A stretch of DNA of 64,000 nt from Candidatus Mediterraneibacter pullicola (GCA_019117065.1 DXAK01000043.1:124671-188670); one strand, 5' to 3'. Positions 53,628 through 63,898 are shown, numbered from the stretch's first letter. Numbers and translations: made by a program. Notes: generated by a model from the sequence alone, not told the origin.

Positions 53628-54860
53628 TTAGTCATCGTAATCGTCGTCTGCATAGTCGTCGTCGTAATCTTCGTCATAATCGCCGCCCCTTGAGGTGATC
53701 GCAAGGATCAGAGTAATTATGGCGAGTACAGCGCATGCGCCTGCGGCAATGAGAAGCTGGAATTCATCGCCTCGCTTAAGGAAAGCGAATACGCCGCCTC
53801 CGAGATAGAAGAGCATGGGCAGTAAGAAAGCGAACACAGAGTTCGTCCCAAGAGTAATGAAGTACACCAGCGCGGAAACAAGCAAGCAGAGTGCAAGAAT
53901 GACGAATGTCATTCCAGAGACTGTTCCGCTCTCTGCAGAGGAAAGTCCAAATGAAAATCCTCTATACATGAGGTATCCGAAACCTGCAAGTGAGATGATG
54001 GCGAGAAGAACGCGCATCACACGGAACCTTGGCGCATCCTCATAGTAATCGTCATCATATTCGTCGATCTCCGGCTCTGGTTTTTTTGTGACCGGCTTTG
54101 CAGCTGCATTTTTCTGTTTTGTATCAGTTTTGGAAACAGGCGCTTTCCCGATCGCGCGGGTATCGTCGTCTGTCTGTGTTTTTTTCTTTCTTGCCGGCTT
54201 GCCGATTGTTCCTGTAGCAAGCATATCTTCGTATCCTTGACGAGCTGCAGTTTCATGTTTTGTACGAACTCTCTCCGGCGGGATATTGCTGTAACGCTTC
54301 TCGTCGGATGCGTTCTGTGCTGTACCATTTGCGGAACGTTTCTTTATCGGTTTTTTTGCGGGAGAAGAAGAAACCTCTTCCTCAGAGGTCCGGCGTTTCG
54401 GCCGCGGAGCTCCTGTCTTTTGTACTCCGTCTTTTGGAATAGCTCCTTTCTGGGGAGCAGCTTTTTGACCCGGAGTTCTTCTTAGGGAGTCAGCGTTTTC
54501 CTGAGCCGGAGTTTTCTTTGGCGCGTTAGTGTTTTTCTGAGCCGGAGTTTTCTTTAGCGTGTCAGCCTTTCCCTGGACAGGAGCTTTTTTCATAGGTTCA
54601 TCCTTCGGAACCGATGACTTTTTGGCAGGTGCTTTTTCCGGTGTTGCAGGCTTCTTTGTTGTGGCTGCTTTTTTCGCAGACGCCTCTGCGGATGCAGGCT
54701 TTTTTGCCGCTGCTTTTTTTGCGCGCTGTTTGTCAAGATTCCACTGTTTACGGCAGTCGCGGCATATCGCATATTCATTAAAGATCGGATCACCGTTTTC
54801 ATTGGTGCCAATCTGTTTGTTTTTCAATTCAAGTTCTTTTCCACATATTGGACACTTCAT
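53628..54860 (-). CDS. Zinc-ribbon / K-A-P-rich disordered / multi-TM protein with poly-acidic D-Y tail
   Basis: Start refined to ATG 54860 (AGAGAGGAG RBS). The order is CPICG...CRDC ribbon, about 230 aa of lysine/alanine/proline-rich repeats, 3-4 TM helices, then C-terminal GGDYDEDYDDDYADDDYDD. Confidence 0.75.
   Translation of the reverse strand: MKCPICGKELELKNKQIGTNENGDPIFNEYAICRDCRKQWNLDKQRAKKAAAKKPASAEASAKKAATTKKPATPEKAPAKKSSVPKDEPMKKAPVQGKADTLKKTPAQKNTNAPKKTPAQENADSLRRTPGQKAAPQKGAIPKDGVQKTGAPRPKRRTSEEEVSSSPAKKPIKKRSANGTAQNASDEKRYSNIPPERVRTKHETAARQGYEDMLATGTIGKPARKKKTQTDDDTRAIGKAPVSKTDTKQKNAAAKPVTKKPEPEIDEYDDDYYEDAPRFRVMRVLLAIISLAGFGYLMYRGFSFGLSSAESGTVSGMTFVILALCLLVSALVYFITLGTNSVFAFLLPMLFYLGGGVFAFLKRGDEFQLLIAAGACAVLAIITLILAITSRGGDYDEDYDDDYADDDYDD
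54470..54572 (-). repeat. In-frame 36-bp tandem repeat (about 2.6 copies) inside the zinc-ribbon protein gene
   Basis: CTGAGCCGGAGTTTTCTTTGGCGCGTTAGTGTTTTT / CTGAGCCGGAGTTTTCTTTAGCGTGTCAGCCTTTCC. These encode (L)KKTPAQ(K/E)N units. Confidence 0.8.
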
Positions 54861-55013
54861 AAATCTATACTCCTCTCTTTTGTTAGACAAATCTATAACG
54901 TAAATATTATAACATTTTGAGGGCGTAAGAACAATGAAAAAATGCAATATCTACCCGAAAAGTGGAAAATCAGACCGAATGGTGTCGAAATTGTATCCTC
55001 AAAAGAATACTTG

Positions 55014-55265
55014 CTATTTTTTTGAAGAAGGTGATTCTTTTCCGGCAGCATTTTTCAAAGTACGGTTGCCAGAATTTTCTTGGATTTCAGCGCCTGCTTT
55101 GTTTGAAGCGGCGGGGGAGCAGTACTGTACGATGTCATTGTAGGACTCAAGCTCTTCTTCTGTTTGAGGGAGAGAAGGGATCAGTCCTGTACAGTCCATT
55201 GCTGAGGCGGCGTTCGCAAGATAGTTAAAATCGTCGATGGTTTTTTTGTTTGTTTTCTTTTCCAT
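55014..55265 (-). CDS. Small hypothetical protein (83 aa)
   Basis: GAGGT RBS 6 nt upstream of the ATG. No recognisable domain. Confidence 0.45.
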   Translation of the reverse strand: MEKKTNKKTIDDFNYLANAASAMDCTGLIPSLPQTEEELESYNDIVQYCSPAASNKAGAEIQENSGNRTLKNAAGKESPSSKK

Positions 55266-55439
55266 GTTTTTACCTCGGTATTATATTTTCCCGGCATGGG
55301 TTTTTACGTATATTGCCCTGTACGGCGTGTGCCGGGATATGATGCCATTGTACTGTTAGTATTTCCGGGAAGAAAAATTGTATTCTGCGAGAAATGTGAT
55401 AGAATAATGTGGGAATCAAAGATGGAAAGGAGCACAAAT

Positions 55440-56153
55440 ATGAAATTTGCTGCAGATACCCATGCCCATACTCTGGCGAGCGGGCATGCTTACAGTACAA
55501 TAAAGGAAATGGCAGCGGCAGCTGGGGCAAGAGGGCTTCAGGCGCTGGCGCTGACAGAGCATGCCCCTGAGATGCCGGGGACATGCGGGCTGTTCTATTT
55601 TCAGAATCTTGATGTAGTGCCGCGTGAAGTAAATGGAGTAAGGCTTCTGATGGGAGCGGAGGTCAATATTATGGATCCAGAAGGGAACATTGATCTCCCG
55701 GAAAAGACATGCAAGGATCTGGATATTGTGGTTGCAAGCATTCATCTGCCATGTTATGGAACCGGACACACGCCAAAAGAAAATACCCGTGCTTACGTAG
55801 AAGCGATGAAAAAACCGTATATTCACATTATTGGGCACCCGGATGACGGGAGATTCCCTTTTGATTATGAGATACTTGTAAAAACAGCAAAGGAGACGGG
55901 GACACTTTTGGAAGTCAATAATTCTTCCATGCGTCCGCAGAGCAGCAGGAGAGGCACGAAGGAAAATATACTGACCATGCTGGATCTGTGCAAACAGTAT
56001 GACGTTCCCATAACAACAGGGAGCGACGCCCATGTTGATGCGGATGCAGGCAACTTCTCCAATGTCCGCGAAATACTTGAATATTGCAATTTCCCGGAGG
56101 ATCTTGTAATAACAACGGACTGGGAGAGATTAAAGACATTTTTGGGCTTGTAA
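55440..56153 (+). CDS. PHP-domain phosphatase (YcdX-like)
   Basis: Start refined to ATG 55440 (GGAAAGGAG RBS). DTHAHTLASGHAY, TEHAP and GSDAH metal-binding motifs. Confidence 0.85.
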   Translation: MKFAADTHAHTLASGHAYSTIKEMAAAAGARGLQALALTEHAPEMPGTCGLFYFQNLDVVPREVNGVRLLMGAEVNIMDPEGNIDLPEKTCKDLDIVVASIHLPCYGTGHTPKENTRAYVEAMKKPYIHIIGHPDDGRFPFDYEILVKTAKETGTLLEVNNSSMRPQSSRRGTKENILTMLDLCKQYDVPITTGSDAHVDADAGNFSNVREILEYCNFPEDLVITTDWERLKTFLGL

Positions 56154-56288
56154 TGTATCAGAATAAAAAGGTGTGGACTTTAAAAATTTAATGTGCTAAA
56201 ATACAACAGTAAGAGAACAAGTGCAAAGCAGCGGCAGATTGCGCCGCCATATTTATTGATGCTACAGGCTTGAAAAGGAGATATTTTT

Positions 56289-56585
56289 ATGAGTAAGAAG
56301 ATCAGGACAGAGGCGGTTGATTATCTTTTTGACGCTGTCCTTAGTCTGGAAAATAAAGAGGAGTGTTATATTTTTTTTGAAGATATTTGTACAATTAACG
56401 AGCTCCTTTCTTTATCCCAGCGATTTGAAGTTGCCAAAATGTTGAGAGAACAGAAAACATATCTGGAGATCGCGGAGAAAACCGGCGCATCCACAGCGAC
56501 CATCAGCCGCGTAAACCGTTCGTTAAACTATGGGAACGACGGGTACGATATGGTATTTGAGAGGATCGAGAAGAAAAACGGATGA
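56289..56585 (+). CDS. yerC: YerC/YecD-family TrpR-like protein
   Basis: 98 aa. ELLSLSQRFEVAKML...QKTYLEIAEKTGASTATISRVNR is typical of the family. Confidence 0.85.
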   Translation: MSKKIRTEAVDYLFDAVLSLENKEECYIFFEDICTINELLSLSQRFEVAKMLREQKTYLEIAEKTGASTATISRVNRSLNYGNDGYDMVFERIEKKNG

Positions 56586-56619
56586 TCCTGATAAACAATA
56601 CCAGATCTGATATTGAGAA

Positions 56620-56662
56620 AAAGAAACCGGAAACCATCATTACAGAAGGTCTCCGGTTTTTT
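56620..56662. terminator. Bidirectional intrinsic terminator
   Basis: AAACCGGAAACC ... GGTCTCCGGTTTTTT, preceded by an A-run. Lies between convergent genes. Confidence 0.75.
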
Positions 56663-56666
56663 GCCC

Positions 56667-57287
56667 CTATTTTTTGTCTTTGCCTTCCCGGGCGCTTTCC
56701 CCAGCAAGTTCGTCTATGATCTTCTCGATCATCGTCTTTTTTAAATATACGTCAAAACTTAAGCTGCACAGAAATGCAAACAGTCTTAATTCGTCTTTGT
56801 TTTCACCGTCAGAAATATCGGAAAATGCCTGACCGGACTTTTCATACGCCTCCCTGACTGACGTTTTAAGGGGCTCGATGCGGGATTTCTCGATCTCGCA
56901 CACTTCGCTGTATATTTCAGAGAGTGCGGGGTTCTCACTGCCAGAGAAATATTTTTCCCGGAGGGGAGTGAGCAGAGTCTCGATATCCTTGATGGAAAGT
57001 ATGTTTTTAAAATAATAAATTAAAATGAGAAGAAGAACATGATCCTTGGAATATTTCTTTTTGACTGACGGTGGAAGGAGATTGTTCTTCGAGTAATTAT
57101 TGATCATCGTCTTGGTCAGGATTTTGTCCCCGGCATATCGTTTTGTTGATGTAAGATGCTCGTCCATGAATGTGGTGACCTGATCCATGTACAAATCGAT
57201 ATTCGGGATCTCGTCGGGTTTAATGTAATTCACTTTGTCCAGACTTTTCAAAATGCTGTTTAAAATATCATTTGTGTCGATTTTCAT
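56667..57287 (-). CDS. DUF1836 domain protein
   Basis: Start refined to ATG 57287 (GAGGTGA RBS). LYMDQVTTFMDEHL...KTMINNYSKNNLLPP matches the DUF1836 pattern. Confidence 0.75.
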   Translation of the reverse strand: MKIDTNDILNSILKSLDKVNYIKPDEIPNIDLYMDQVTTFMDEHLTSTKRYAGDKILTKTMINNYSKNNLLPPSVKKKYSKDHVLLLILIYYFKNILSIKDIETLLTPLREKYFSGSENPALSEIYSEVCEIEKSRIEPLKTSVREAYEKSGQAFSDISDGENKDELRLFAFLCSLSFDVYLKKTMIEKIIDELAGESAREGKDKK

Positions 57288-57467
57288 ATTATCACCTCGA
57301 TGCATCTATTATATAGTAGTAAAAACCAGATAGCAAGAGGATTCCTCCTTTTTTCTGCCCAAGGATGGCGTTCATATTTTTGTGATTTATGGAGAGGGTG
57401 AAGGTTGACTTTGGGGAAAATATGTTCGATAATAGATGGGAATAACGGTGCGGAAAAGGAGAGATAA

Positions 57468-59786
57468 ATGAGCATTTACGATACATTAAATGAACCGCAG
57501 AAAGATGCGGTATTCCATACGGAGGGACCGCTTCTTATTCTGGCGGGGGCAGGATCTGGAAAGACAAGGGTGCTGACTCACCGCATTGCTTATCTGATCG
57601 AAGAAAGAGGTGTAAATCCGTGGAATATCCTTGCCATCACATTTACAAATAAAGCGGCGGGAGAGATGCGCCAGCGCGTGGATAATCTGGTGGGATTTGG
57701 CTCCGAAAGTATCTGGGTGAGTACTTTCCACTCTATGTGTGTGCGGATTCTTCGCAGATACATAGATCGCATGGGGTATGATAACCGTTTTACCATCTAT
57801 GACACAGATGATCAGAAAACGCTTATGAAAGAAGTGTGCAGGAAGACAGATGTCGATACAAAGCGTTTTAAGGAGCGGATGCTTCTATCAGTGATCTCTT
57901 CTGCAAAGAACGAGATGGTCATGCCGGATGAATTCGAGCTGAATGCAGGTGGTGATTTTGCGCAGCAGCAGATCGCCAAGGTGTACCGGGAATATGAGGC
58001 TCAGCTTAAATCGAACAACGCGCTGGACTTTGATGATCTGCTTGTCAGGGCCGTGCAGCTTCTGGACACTCAGCCAGATGTGCTTGAGAACTATCAGAAA
58101 CGATTCCGCTACATCATGGTGGACGAGTATCAGGATACAAACACCGTGCAGTTTAAGCTGGTAAGCTTGCTGGCGGGCAAATATCGTAATCTCTGTGTTG
58201 TGGGGGATGATGACCAGTCTATTTATAAATTCCGTGGGGCAAATATCCGTAATATACTTGATTTTGAGAAGGAATTCCCGGACGCCCGTGTGATTAAGTT
58301 AGAGCAGAACTACCGCTCTACGGAAAATATTCTGAATGCGGCCAACGGGGTGATCAGCAACAACAAAGGACGTAAGGAAAAGACGCTTTGGACGGACAAC
58401 GGGGAGGGAGAAAAAATTACTTTGCGTCAGTTTGACACAGGGTATGACGAAGCTGAGTTTATCGCGGAGGATATTAAAGAGAGTGTACAGGAAGGAGCGT
58501 CGTACAATGACAGTGCCATTCTGTATCGAACCAATGCCCAGTCTCGCCTTTTCGAGGAGAAATTTATTGCCATGAACATTCCCTACAAGATTGTTGGGGG
58601 CATTAACTTCTATGCCCGAAGGGAAATCAAAGATATTCTGGCATATTTAAAGACTATTGACAACGGACAGGACGATCTGGCGGTGCGCAGAATCATCAAT
58701 GTGCCTAAAAGAGGGATCGGCCTGACGACTATTAACCGTATCCAAGAATCAGCAGCGGTGCGGGGAATCAGTTTTTATGAGGCGGTCTTAGCGCCGGAAT
58801 TGATTGCAGGCGTGGGGCGCAGCGCGTCGAAGCTGGATTCCTTTGCGGCATTGATCGAGTATTTCAAGGGGCAGACAAAGCAGGAGAGCCTAACGGATCT
58901 GTTAAATGAGATCATTGAGAAAACAGGTTACATCGAAAGTCTGGACGCAGATGATCCCGAGGATGCGGAGGCAAGAATACAGAACATCGACGAGCTTGTA
59001 AGCAAGGTGGCGGCATATGAGGAAGACTGTGCTGACCGTGACGAGACTGCAACACTGAGTGGATTTCTTGAGGAAGTGGCGCTCGTGGCGGATATTGACA
59101 GTCTGGATGAAGATCAGGATTATGTGGTGCTTATGACTCTGCACAGTGCAAAAGGGCTGGAATTTCCACGGGTTTATCTGGCAGGGATGGAGGACGGTCT
59201 CTTTCCAAGCTATATGACAGTGACGGGGGATGATCCGGAGGAGCTGGAAGAGGAGCGTAGGCTCTGTTATGTAGGAATCACCCGCGCGGAGCAGAAACTG
59301 ACGCTTACATGTGCCCGCAGGAGAATGATACGGGGAGAGACGCAGTATAATAAGCTGTCTCGGTTTGTAAGAGAGATCCCGGCGGAAGTCCTTAAGACGG
59401 GCAGTGAGAAGAACAAAGGATGGTTCGGCGGCAGGGAGGATTCTCTGGCGTGGGACCCGGCGGAGGATAACACCCCGGAAAGCATAGAAAATTCAGTTCC
59501 TTTTGGGAGAAATACATACTCGAACGCGAAGAAAGCGCTGCGAGCGCAGGCCTACGGCGGAAAGGCGGGAACTTCCGTACTTCAAAAGGGAAGCCAGCTT
59601 ACCGCGGGGAAAGGTGGGAAACTGTCTTATGCTGTGGGCGACAGAGTATGTCATGTGAAATTTGGCGAGGGAACTGTGCTCGATATCAAAGAAGGCGGAC
59701 GGGACTATGAGGTGACAGTGGAATTTGACAAGGCGGGAGTGCGCAAGATGTTTGCCATGTTTGCGAAACTAGTGAAGGTAGAGTAG
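57468..59786 (+). CDS. pcrA: ATP-dependent DNA helicase PcrA (UvrD family)
   Basis: Helicase motifs AGAGSGKT, DEYQDTN and VGDDDQSIY. C-terminal Tudor-like tail. Confidence 0.93.
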   Translation: MSIYDTLNEPQKDAVFHTEGPLLILAGAGSGKTRVLTHRIAYLIEERGVNPWNILAITFTNKAAGEMRQRVDNLVGFGSESIWVSTFHSMCVRILRRYIDRMGYDNRFTIYDTDDQKTLMKEVCRKTDVDTKRFKERMLLSVISSAKNEMVMPDEFELNAGGDFAQQQIAKVYREYEAQLKSNNALDFDDLLVRAVQLLDTQPDVLENYQKRFRYIMVDEYQDTNTVQFKLVSLLAGKYRNLCVVGDDDQSIYKFRGANIRNILDFEKEFPDARVIKLEQNYRSTENILNAANGVISNNKGRKEKTLWTDNGEGEKITLRQFDTGYDEAEFIAEDIKESVQEGASYNDSAILYRTNAQSRLFEEKFIAMNIPYKIVGGINFYARREIKDILAYLKTIDNGQDDLAVRRIINVPKRGIGLTTINRIQESAAVRGISFYEAVLAPELIAGVGRSASKLDSFAALIEYFKGQTKQESLTDLLNEIIEKTGYIESLDADDPEDAEARIQNIDELVSKVAAYEEDCADRDETATLSGFLEEVALVADIDSLDEDQDYVVLMTLHSAKGLEFPRVYLAGMEDGLFPSYMTVTGDDPEELEEERRLCYVGITRAEQKLTLTCARRRMIRGETQYNKLSRFVREIPAEVLKTGSEKNKGWFGGREDSLAWDPAEDNTPESIENSVPFGRNTYSNAKKALRAQAYGGKAGTSVLQKGSQLTAGKGGKLSYAVGDRVCHVKFGEGTVLDIKEGGRDYEVTVEFDKAGVRKMFAMFAKLVKVE

Positions 59787-59942
59787 ATGAAAACCTGAAT
59801 TGGCGCCTAAAATGAAGCAAATGAGAATTCTTGGAACTACGCAGATGAAAAATTCTTGAAAATCAGTAGTAATCTGGAAATGTTAGTGTTATAATAGACA
59901 GAAAGTAAGCACTGTCCAAGGGACAGGGAAAGGACGTGTATT

Positions 59943-60182
59943 ATGAGCAAGATAGAAGAGATTATTGCTGAATCAAAATTAAATGAAATCCTGCACAGGA
60001 ATGAGGCAGAGAAGCAGAAAAATACAGTTGTCTGGGTACTTGCTATCATTGGCGCGGTTGCGGCGGTTGCAGCGATCGCATATGCGGTATACCGTTTCTT
60101 CACACCGGATTATCTGGAAGATTTTGAGGATGATTTCGATGACGATTTTGACGATTATTTCAGTGAAGAAGATCAGGTGTAA
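59943..60182 (+). CDS. Small single-TM protein with acidic D/F-rich tail (79 aa)
   Basis: GGAAAGGA RBS, one TM helix (VVWVLAIIGAVAAVAAIAYAVY) and the tail DYLEDFEDDFDDDFDDYFSEEDQV. Confidence 0.55.
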   Translation: MSKIEEIIAESKLNEILHRNEAEKQKNTVVWVLAIIGAVAAVAAIAYAVYRFFTPDYLEDFEDDFDDDFDDYFSEEDQV

Positions 60183-60334
60183 TACATTCGGAAAAGGAAA
60201 AACAGAACATACGGGCAGGATGTGGGAAACTGCACCCTGCCTGTTTTGTTGGGATTAGTATGCGTCTTTTGAGTGGGGCGGAATTTTTAAAGAAGAACGG
60301 AAATTTGAAGATCATATACAGGCTGGAGGACAAG

Positions 60335-61714
60335 ATGAAGAAGAGGCAGATATTTGAGGGCACTATAGACAGGGTGGATTTTCCAAACAAGGGGATCGTG
60401 TATGTCCCGGAAGAAGACAGATACGTCACCGTCAAAAACGGGATTCCCGGGCAGAAAGTGCGTTTTGCCGTTAATAAATTTAAGAGGGGAAACGCAGAGG
60501 GGAAGCTACTGGAAGTGCTTGAGAGATCACCGCTGGAAACCCGTGAGCCAGTGTGCAGTATCTTCCCCGCTTGCGGCGGCTGCATGTATCAGACGATGCC
60601 TTATGAAGAACAGATGAAGATGAAGGAAGGTCAGATACGCGGGATCATGGATGAGGCGGTGCACGGGACATATGCTTTTGAAGGAGTAAAGGCGAGCCCG
60701 AAGGAGTTCGCCTACCGGAATAAGATGGAGTTCTCTTTTGGCGACGAGTATAAGGATGGTCCCCTCTCATTGGGGCTCCATAAGAAAGGGAGCACCTACG
60801 ACGTGCTGACTGCCTCTGACTGTAAGCTGGTCCATGAGGACATGAACAAGATTCTTGTCTGTGTTCTGGAGTATTTCCGGGAGCGGAATGTAAGTTATTA
60901 TAAGAAGATGCGGCATACGGGATATCTGCGTCATCTGCTTTTGAGACGAGGTGACACAACAGGGGAGATACTGGTGAATTTGGTGACAACTACTCAGGAA
61001 GAAAATGATCTTGCCCCGCTTGTGGATCAGCTTCTCTCATTGGAGACGGAAGGAAAGATCGTCGGCATCCTGCATATCCTGAACGATTCTCTGTCAGATG
61101 TAGTGAAAAGCGACGAGACGCGCATCCTGTACGGGCAGGATTATTTCTATGAAAAGCTGCTGGGACTAGAGTTTAAGATCACGCCTTTTTCGTTCTTCCA
61201 GCCAAACTCCAAAGGCGCGGAAGTCCTCTATGAAACAGTGCGGGAGTACATCGGCGATATTCGGGATATGACCGTGTTCGACCTGTTCAGCGGGACGGGC
61301 ACTATCAGTCAGGTGCTGGCGCCTGTGGCAAAACAAGTCATTGGCGTAGAGATCGTCGAAGAAGCGGTTGAGGCTGCAAAAGAAAATGCTGAAAGGAACG
61401 GACTTTTCAACTGTAAATTCATAGCAGGCGATGTGTTTCAGGTGCTGGATAGCATTGAGGAAAAGCCAGATGTTATTGTTCTCGATCCGCCCAGAGATGG
61501 AATACATCCCAAGGCGTTGCCGAAAATATTGGACTATGGGGTGAAGAGAATCGTGTATATCTCATGTAAGATGACAAGTCTGGCGAGAGATCTAGAGATG
61601 ATGCAGGGGAGAGGATACCGGGTGGAGAAGATGACGGCGGTCGATCAGTTCTGTGAGACGGTGCATTGTGAGGTGGTGGCAAAACTATCTCTTGCAAGGG
61701 TGATTCAGGCATAG
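60335..61714 (+). CDS. rlmD: 23S rRNA (uracil-C5)-methyltransferase RlmD/RumA family
   Basis: Start refined to ATG 60335 (GGAGGA RBS). TRAM domain, Fe-S cysteines CSIFPACGGCMYQ, and SAM-MTase motifs including DPPRDG. Confidence 0.88.
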   Translation: MKKRQIFEGTIDRVDFPNKGIVYVPEEDRYVTVKNGIPGQKVRFAVNKFKRGNAEGKLLEVLERSPLETREPVCSIFPACGGCMYQTMPYEEQMKMKEGQIRGIMDEAVHGTYAFEGVKASPKEFAYRNKMEFSFGDEYKDGPLSLGLHKKGSTYDVLTASDCKLVHEDMNKILVCVLEYFRERNVSYYKKMRHTGYLRHLLLRRGDTTGEILVNLVTTTQEENDLAPLVDQLLSLETEGKIVGILHILNDSLSDVVKSDETRILYGQDYFYEKLLGLEFKITPFSFFQPNSKGAEVLYETVREYIGDIRDMTVFDLFSGTGTISQVLAPVAKQVIGVEIVEEAVEAAKENAERNGLFNCKFIAGDVFQVLDSIEEKPDVIVLDPPRDGIHPKALPKILDYGVKRIVYISCKMTSLARDLEMMQGRGYRVEKMTAVDQFCETVHCEVVAKLSLARVIQA

Positions 61715-61759
61715 AATCCGAAATTATAGAATTATCAGAAATGAGGGGGAGTGATGTAT

Positions 61760-63898
61760 ATGGAGTATTTAGCGCATATTGATCGAGCACGGAAACAGAC
61801 TAACAAGGAGCATTTATATGGAACCGCGCTGCTCGCGGGGGATTTTGCGGAGCGTTTTGGAAAGTGGGACTGGGGATATTGCTGTGGGATGTTACATGAT
61901 ATCGGAAAGTATTCCGCTGCATTTCAGGAAAAGATACAAAATGATAGTAATAAACAGGTAGACCATTCAACAGCGGGCGCTCAGGTATGTGCTGAGAAAG
62001 GGGGCATGTATGGATTTATGAGCTATTGTATCGCGGGACACCATTCTGGGCTTCCCGACCGCGGCGGTTCTTCTGATGCGGAAAATGCTCCTACATTAGA
62101 GGGGAGAAAAAAGAAAAAAATTGAGGATTACAGTGCTTATAAAAATGAGATCCAGATACCGGAAATAAAGACATTGCCATTTGATGAAAGGGGAACGCAG
62201 GATCCGGATTTTTCGATGAGTATGTTTATCAGAATGCTATACTCCTGTCTGGTAGATGCGGATTTTCTGGATACGGAAAGTTTCATGAAAGCTGGGCAGA
62301 CACAGCGGGAGACGGGCGAAGAATTAGAAATACTTTTGGGAAAACTGAAAGAACATGTGGCGGGCTGGCTGTCAAATGAAGATACGGAAACAGTAAATGG
62401 GAGAAGGACAGAGATTTTAAAAGCTTGTTTTGCATACGGGGAAATGAAACGGGGATTGTTTCAGCTTACCGTGCCGACAGGTGGAGGGAAAACGATGGCA
62501 TCTCTGGCATTTGCACTACAGCACGCTGTGAAAAACCATATGGATCGTGTGATCTATGTCATTCCATACACAAGTATTATTGAACAAAATGCAGAGGTGT
62601 TCCGCAGGATTCTGGGAGATGGCAATGTACTGGAAAATCATTATAATATTGATTATGAAAGCTCGGAGGAACTGAAACCTATGCAGCTTGCAGCGGAAAA
62701 CTGGGATAAACCTGTGGTTATGACAACAAATGTACAGTTTTTTGAGTCACTGTTTGCAAATAAGTCTTCCAGATGCAGGAAATTACATAATATGGCTAAT
62801 AGCGTCATTGTTTTTGATGAAGCACAGATGCTGCCGACGGATTATTTGAAGCCGTGCATTGCGGCAATAGAAGAACTGGTCAGTAATTTTCGTTCTAGCA
62901 TTGTGCTTTGTACAGCTACGCAGCCGGCTCTGAGCCCCTTTTTCAGAAATAAAATTCCGGTTACTGAGCTCTGTCCAAGAGTGCAGGAGCAGTTCCGCTT
63001 TTTTGAAAGAGCGACCTATCAAAATATCGGCACGATTTCGGAAAATGAATTGATCGAAAAGCTGGAACAGGAAGAACAGGCGCTCTGCATTGTCAATACG
63101 AAGAAACGGGCGCAGAGAATCTATCAGAAAATGAAGGGCGAAGGCGTGTTCCATCTGTCTACGACCATGTATCCCAAACACAGACGAAGAGTTTTAGAAA
63201 AGATTAAGAAAACGCTGAAAAATGGTGAGAAGTGTATCCTGATTTCTACCAGTCTTGTGGAAGCGGGCGTTGACTTGGATTTTTCTACAGTATACAGGCA
63301 ATTAGCCGGGGTTGACTCTATAATTCAGGCGGCAGGCAGATGTAACAGAGAAGGAAAACGGGAGGCAAAAGAAAGCTTTGCTTTTATATTTGAGTTTGAA
63401 GAAAGTGAAAATGTCCCGGGGCAACAGCTTCAGATCGATGTGTCGAAAATGATGCTCGCGGAAGAGGAGGATATTTCATCTTTGCAAGGAATAGAAAAAT
63501 ATTTTGAAGTGCTGTATCATTTCCGGGGAGAAAGTCTGGATAAAAAGAAAATTCTAGAGGAGTTTAAAAATAAAAAATATAATTTCGCCAAGGTCGGGAA
63601 GTTATTTAAACTAATCGAAGAGAATACAATAACCGTATTTATTAGCAAAGAAGATGAGGCGGGGGAACTTTTGCGACGAATAGAACTTCAGGGATATACA
63701 AAGACGGGGATGCGGAAAGCAGGACAGTATTGTGTCCAGTTGTATGAAAATGAGATTAAGAAACTTCAGGATGCAGGAATGTTAAGGCAGGTTTCAAAAG
63801 ATATTCAAGATTTCTTTGAACTTGTAAATGTTGGGCAGTATACAGAAGAAATGGGGCTGGACTTGGGGATTGAATCCGGAATAGCAGTATGGATGTAA
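61760..63898 (+). CDS. cas3: CRISPR-associated Cas3 (fused HD nuclease plus SF2 helicase)
   Basis: HD motifs (GMLHDIGK, DHSTAG, AGHHSGL). Helicase motifs TVPTGGGKT (I), VFDEAQ (II), CTATQP (III) and QAAGRCNREG (VI). Clearly lower GC than the flanks. GGGGGAG RBS 8 nt before ATG 61760. Confidence 0.88.
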   Translation: MEYLAHIDRARKQTNKEHLYGTALLAGDFAERFGKWDWGYCCGMLHDIGKYSAAFQEKIQNDSNKQVDHSTAGAQVCAEKGGMYGFMSYCIAGHHSGLPDRGGSSDAENAPTLEGRKKKKIEDYSAYKNEIQIPEIKTLPFDERGTQDPDFSMSMFIRMLYSCLVDADFLDTESFMKAGQTQRETGEELEILLGKLKEHVAGWLSNEDTETVNGRRTEILKACFAYGEMKRGLFQLTVPTGGGKTMASLAFALQHAVKNHMDRVIYVIPYTSIIEQNAEVFRRILGDGNVLENHYNIDYESSEELKPMQLAAENWDKPVVMTTNVQFFESLFANKSSRCRKLHNMANSVIVFDEAQMLPTDYLKPCIAAIEELVSNFRSSIVLCTATQPALSPFFRNKIPVTELCPRVQEQFRFFERATYQNIGTISENELIEKLEQEEQALCIVNTKKRAQRIYQKMKGEGVFHLSTTMYPKHRRRVLEKIKKTLKNGEKCILISTSLVEAGVDLDFSTVYRQLAGVDSIIQAAGRCNREGKREAKESFAFIFEFEESENVPGQQLQIDVSKMMLAEEEDISSLQGIEKYFEVLYHFRGESLDKKKILEEFKNKKYNFAKVGKLFKLIEENTITVFISKEDEAGELLRRIELQGYTKTGMRKAGQYCVQLYENEIKKLQDAGMLRQVSKDIQDFFELVNVGQYTEEMGLDLGIESGIAVWM

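Noticed and set aside
57284-57486. 63-64 aa minus-strand ORFs upstream of pcrA
   Set aside because: They overlap the DUF1836 start and the pcrA promoter/RBS region. No RBS and a hydrophobic, low-information translation.
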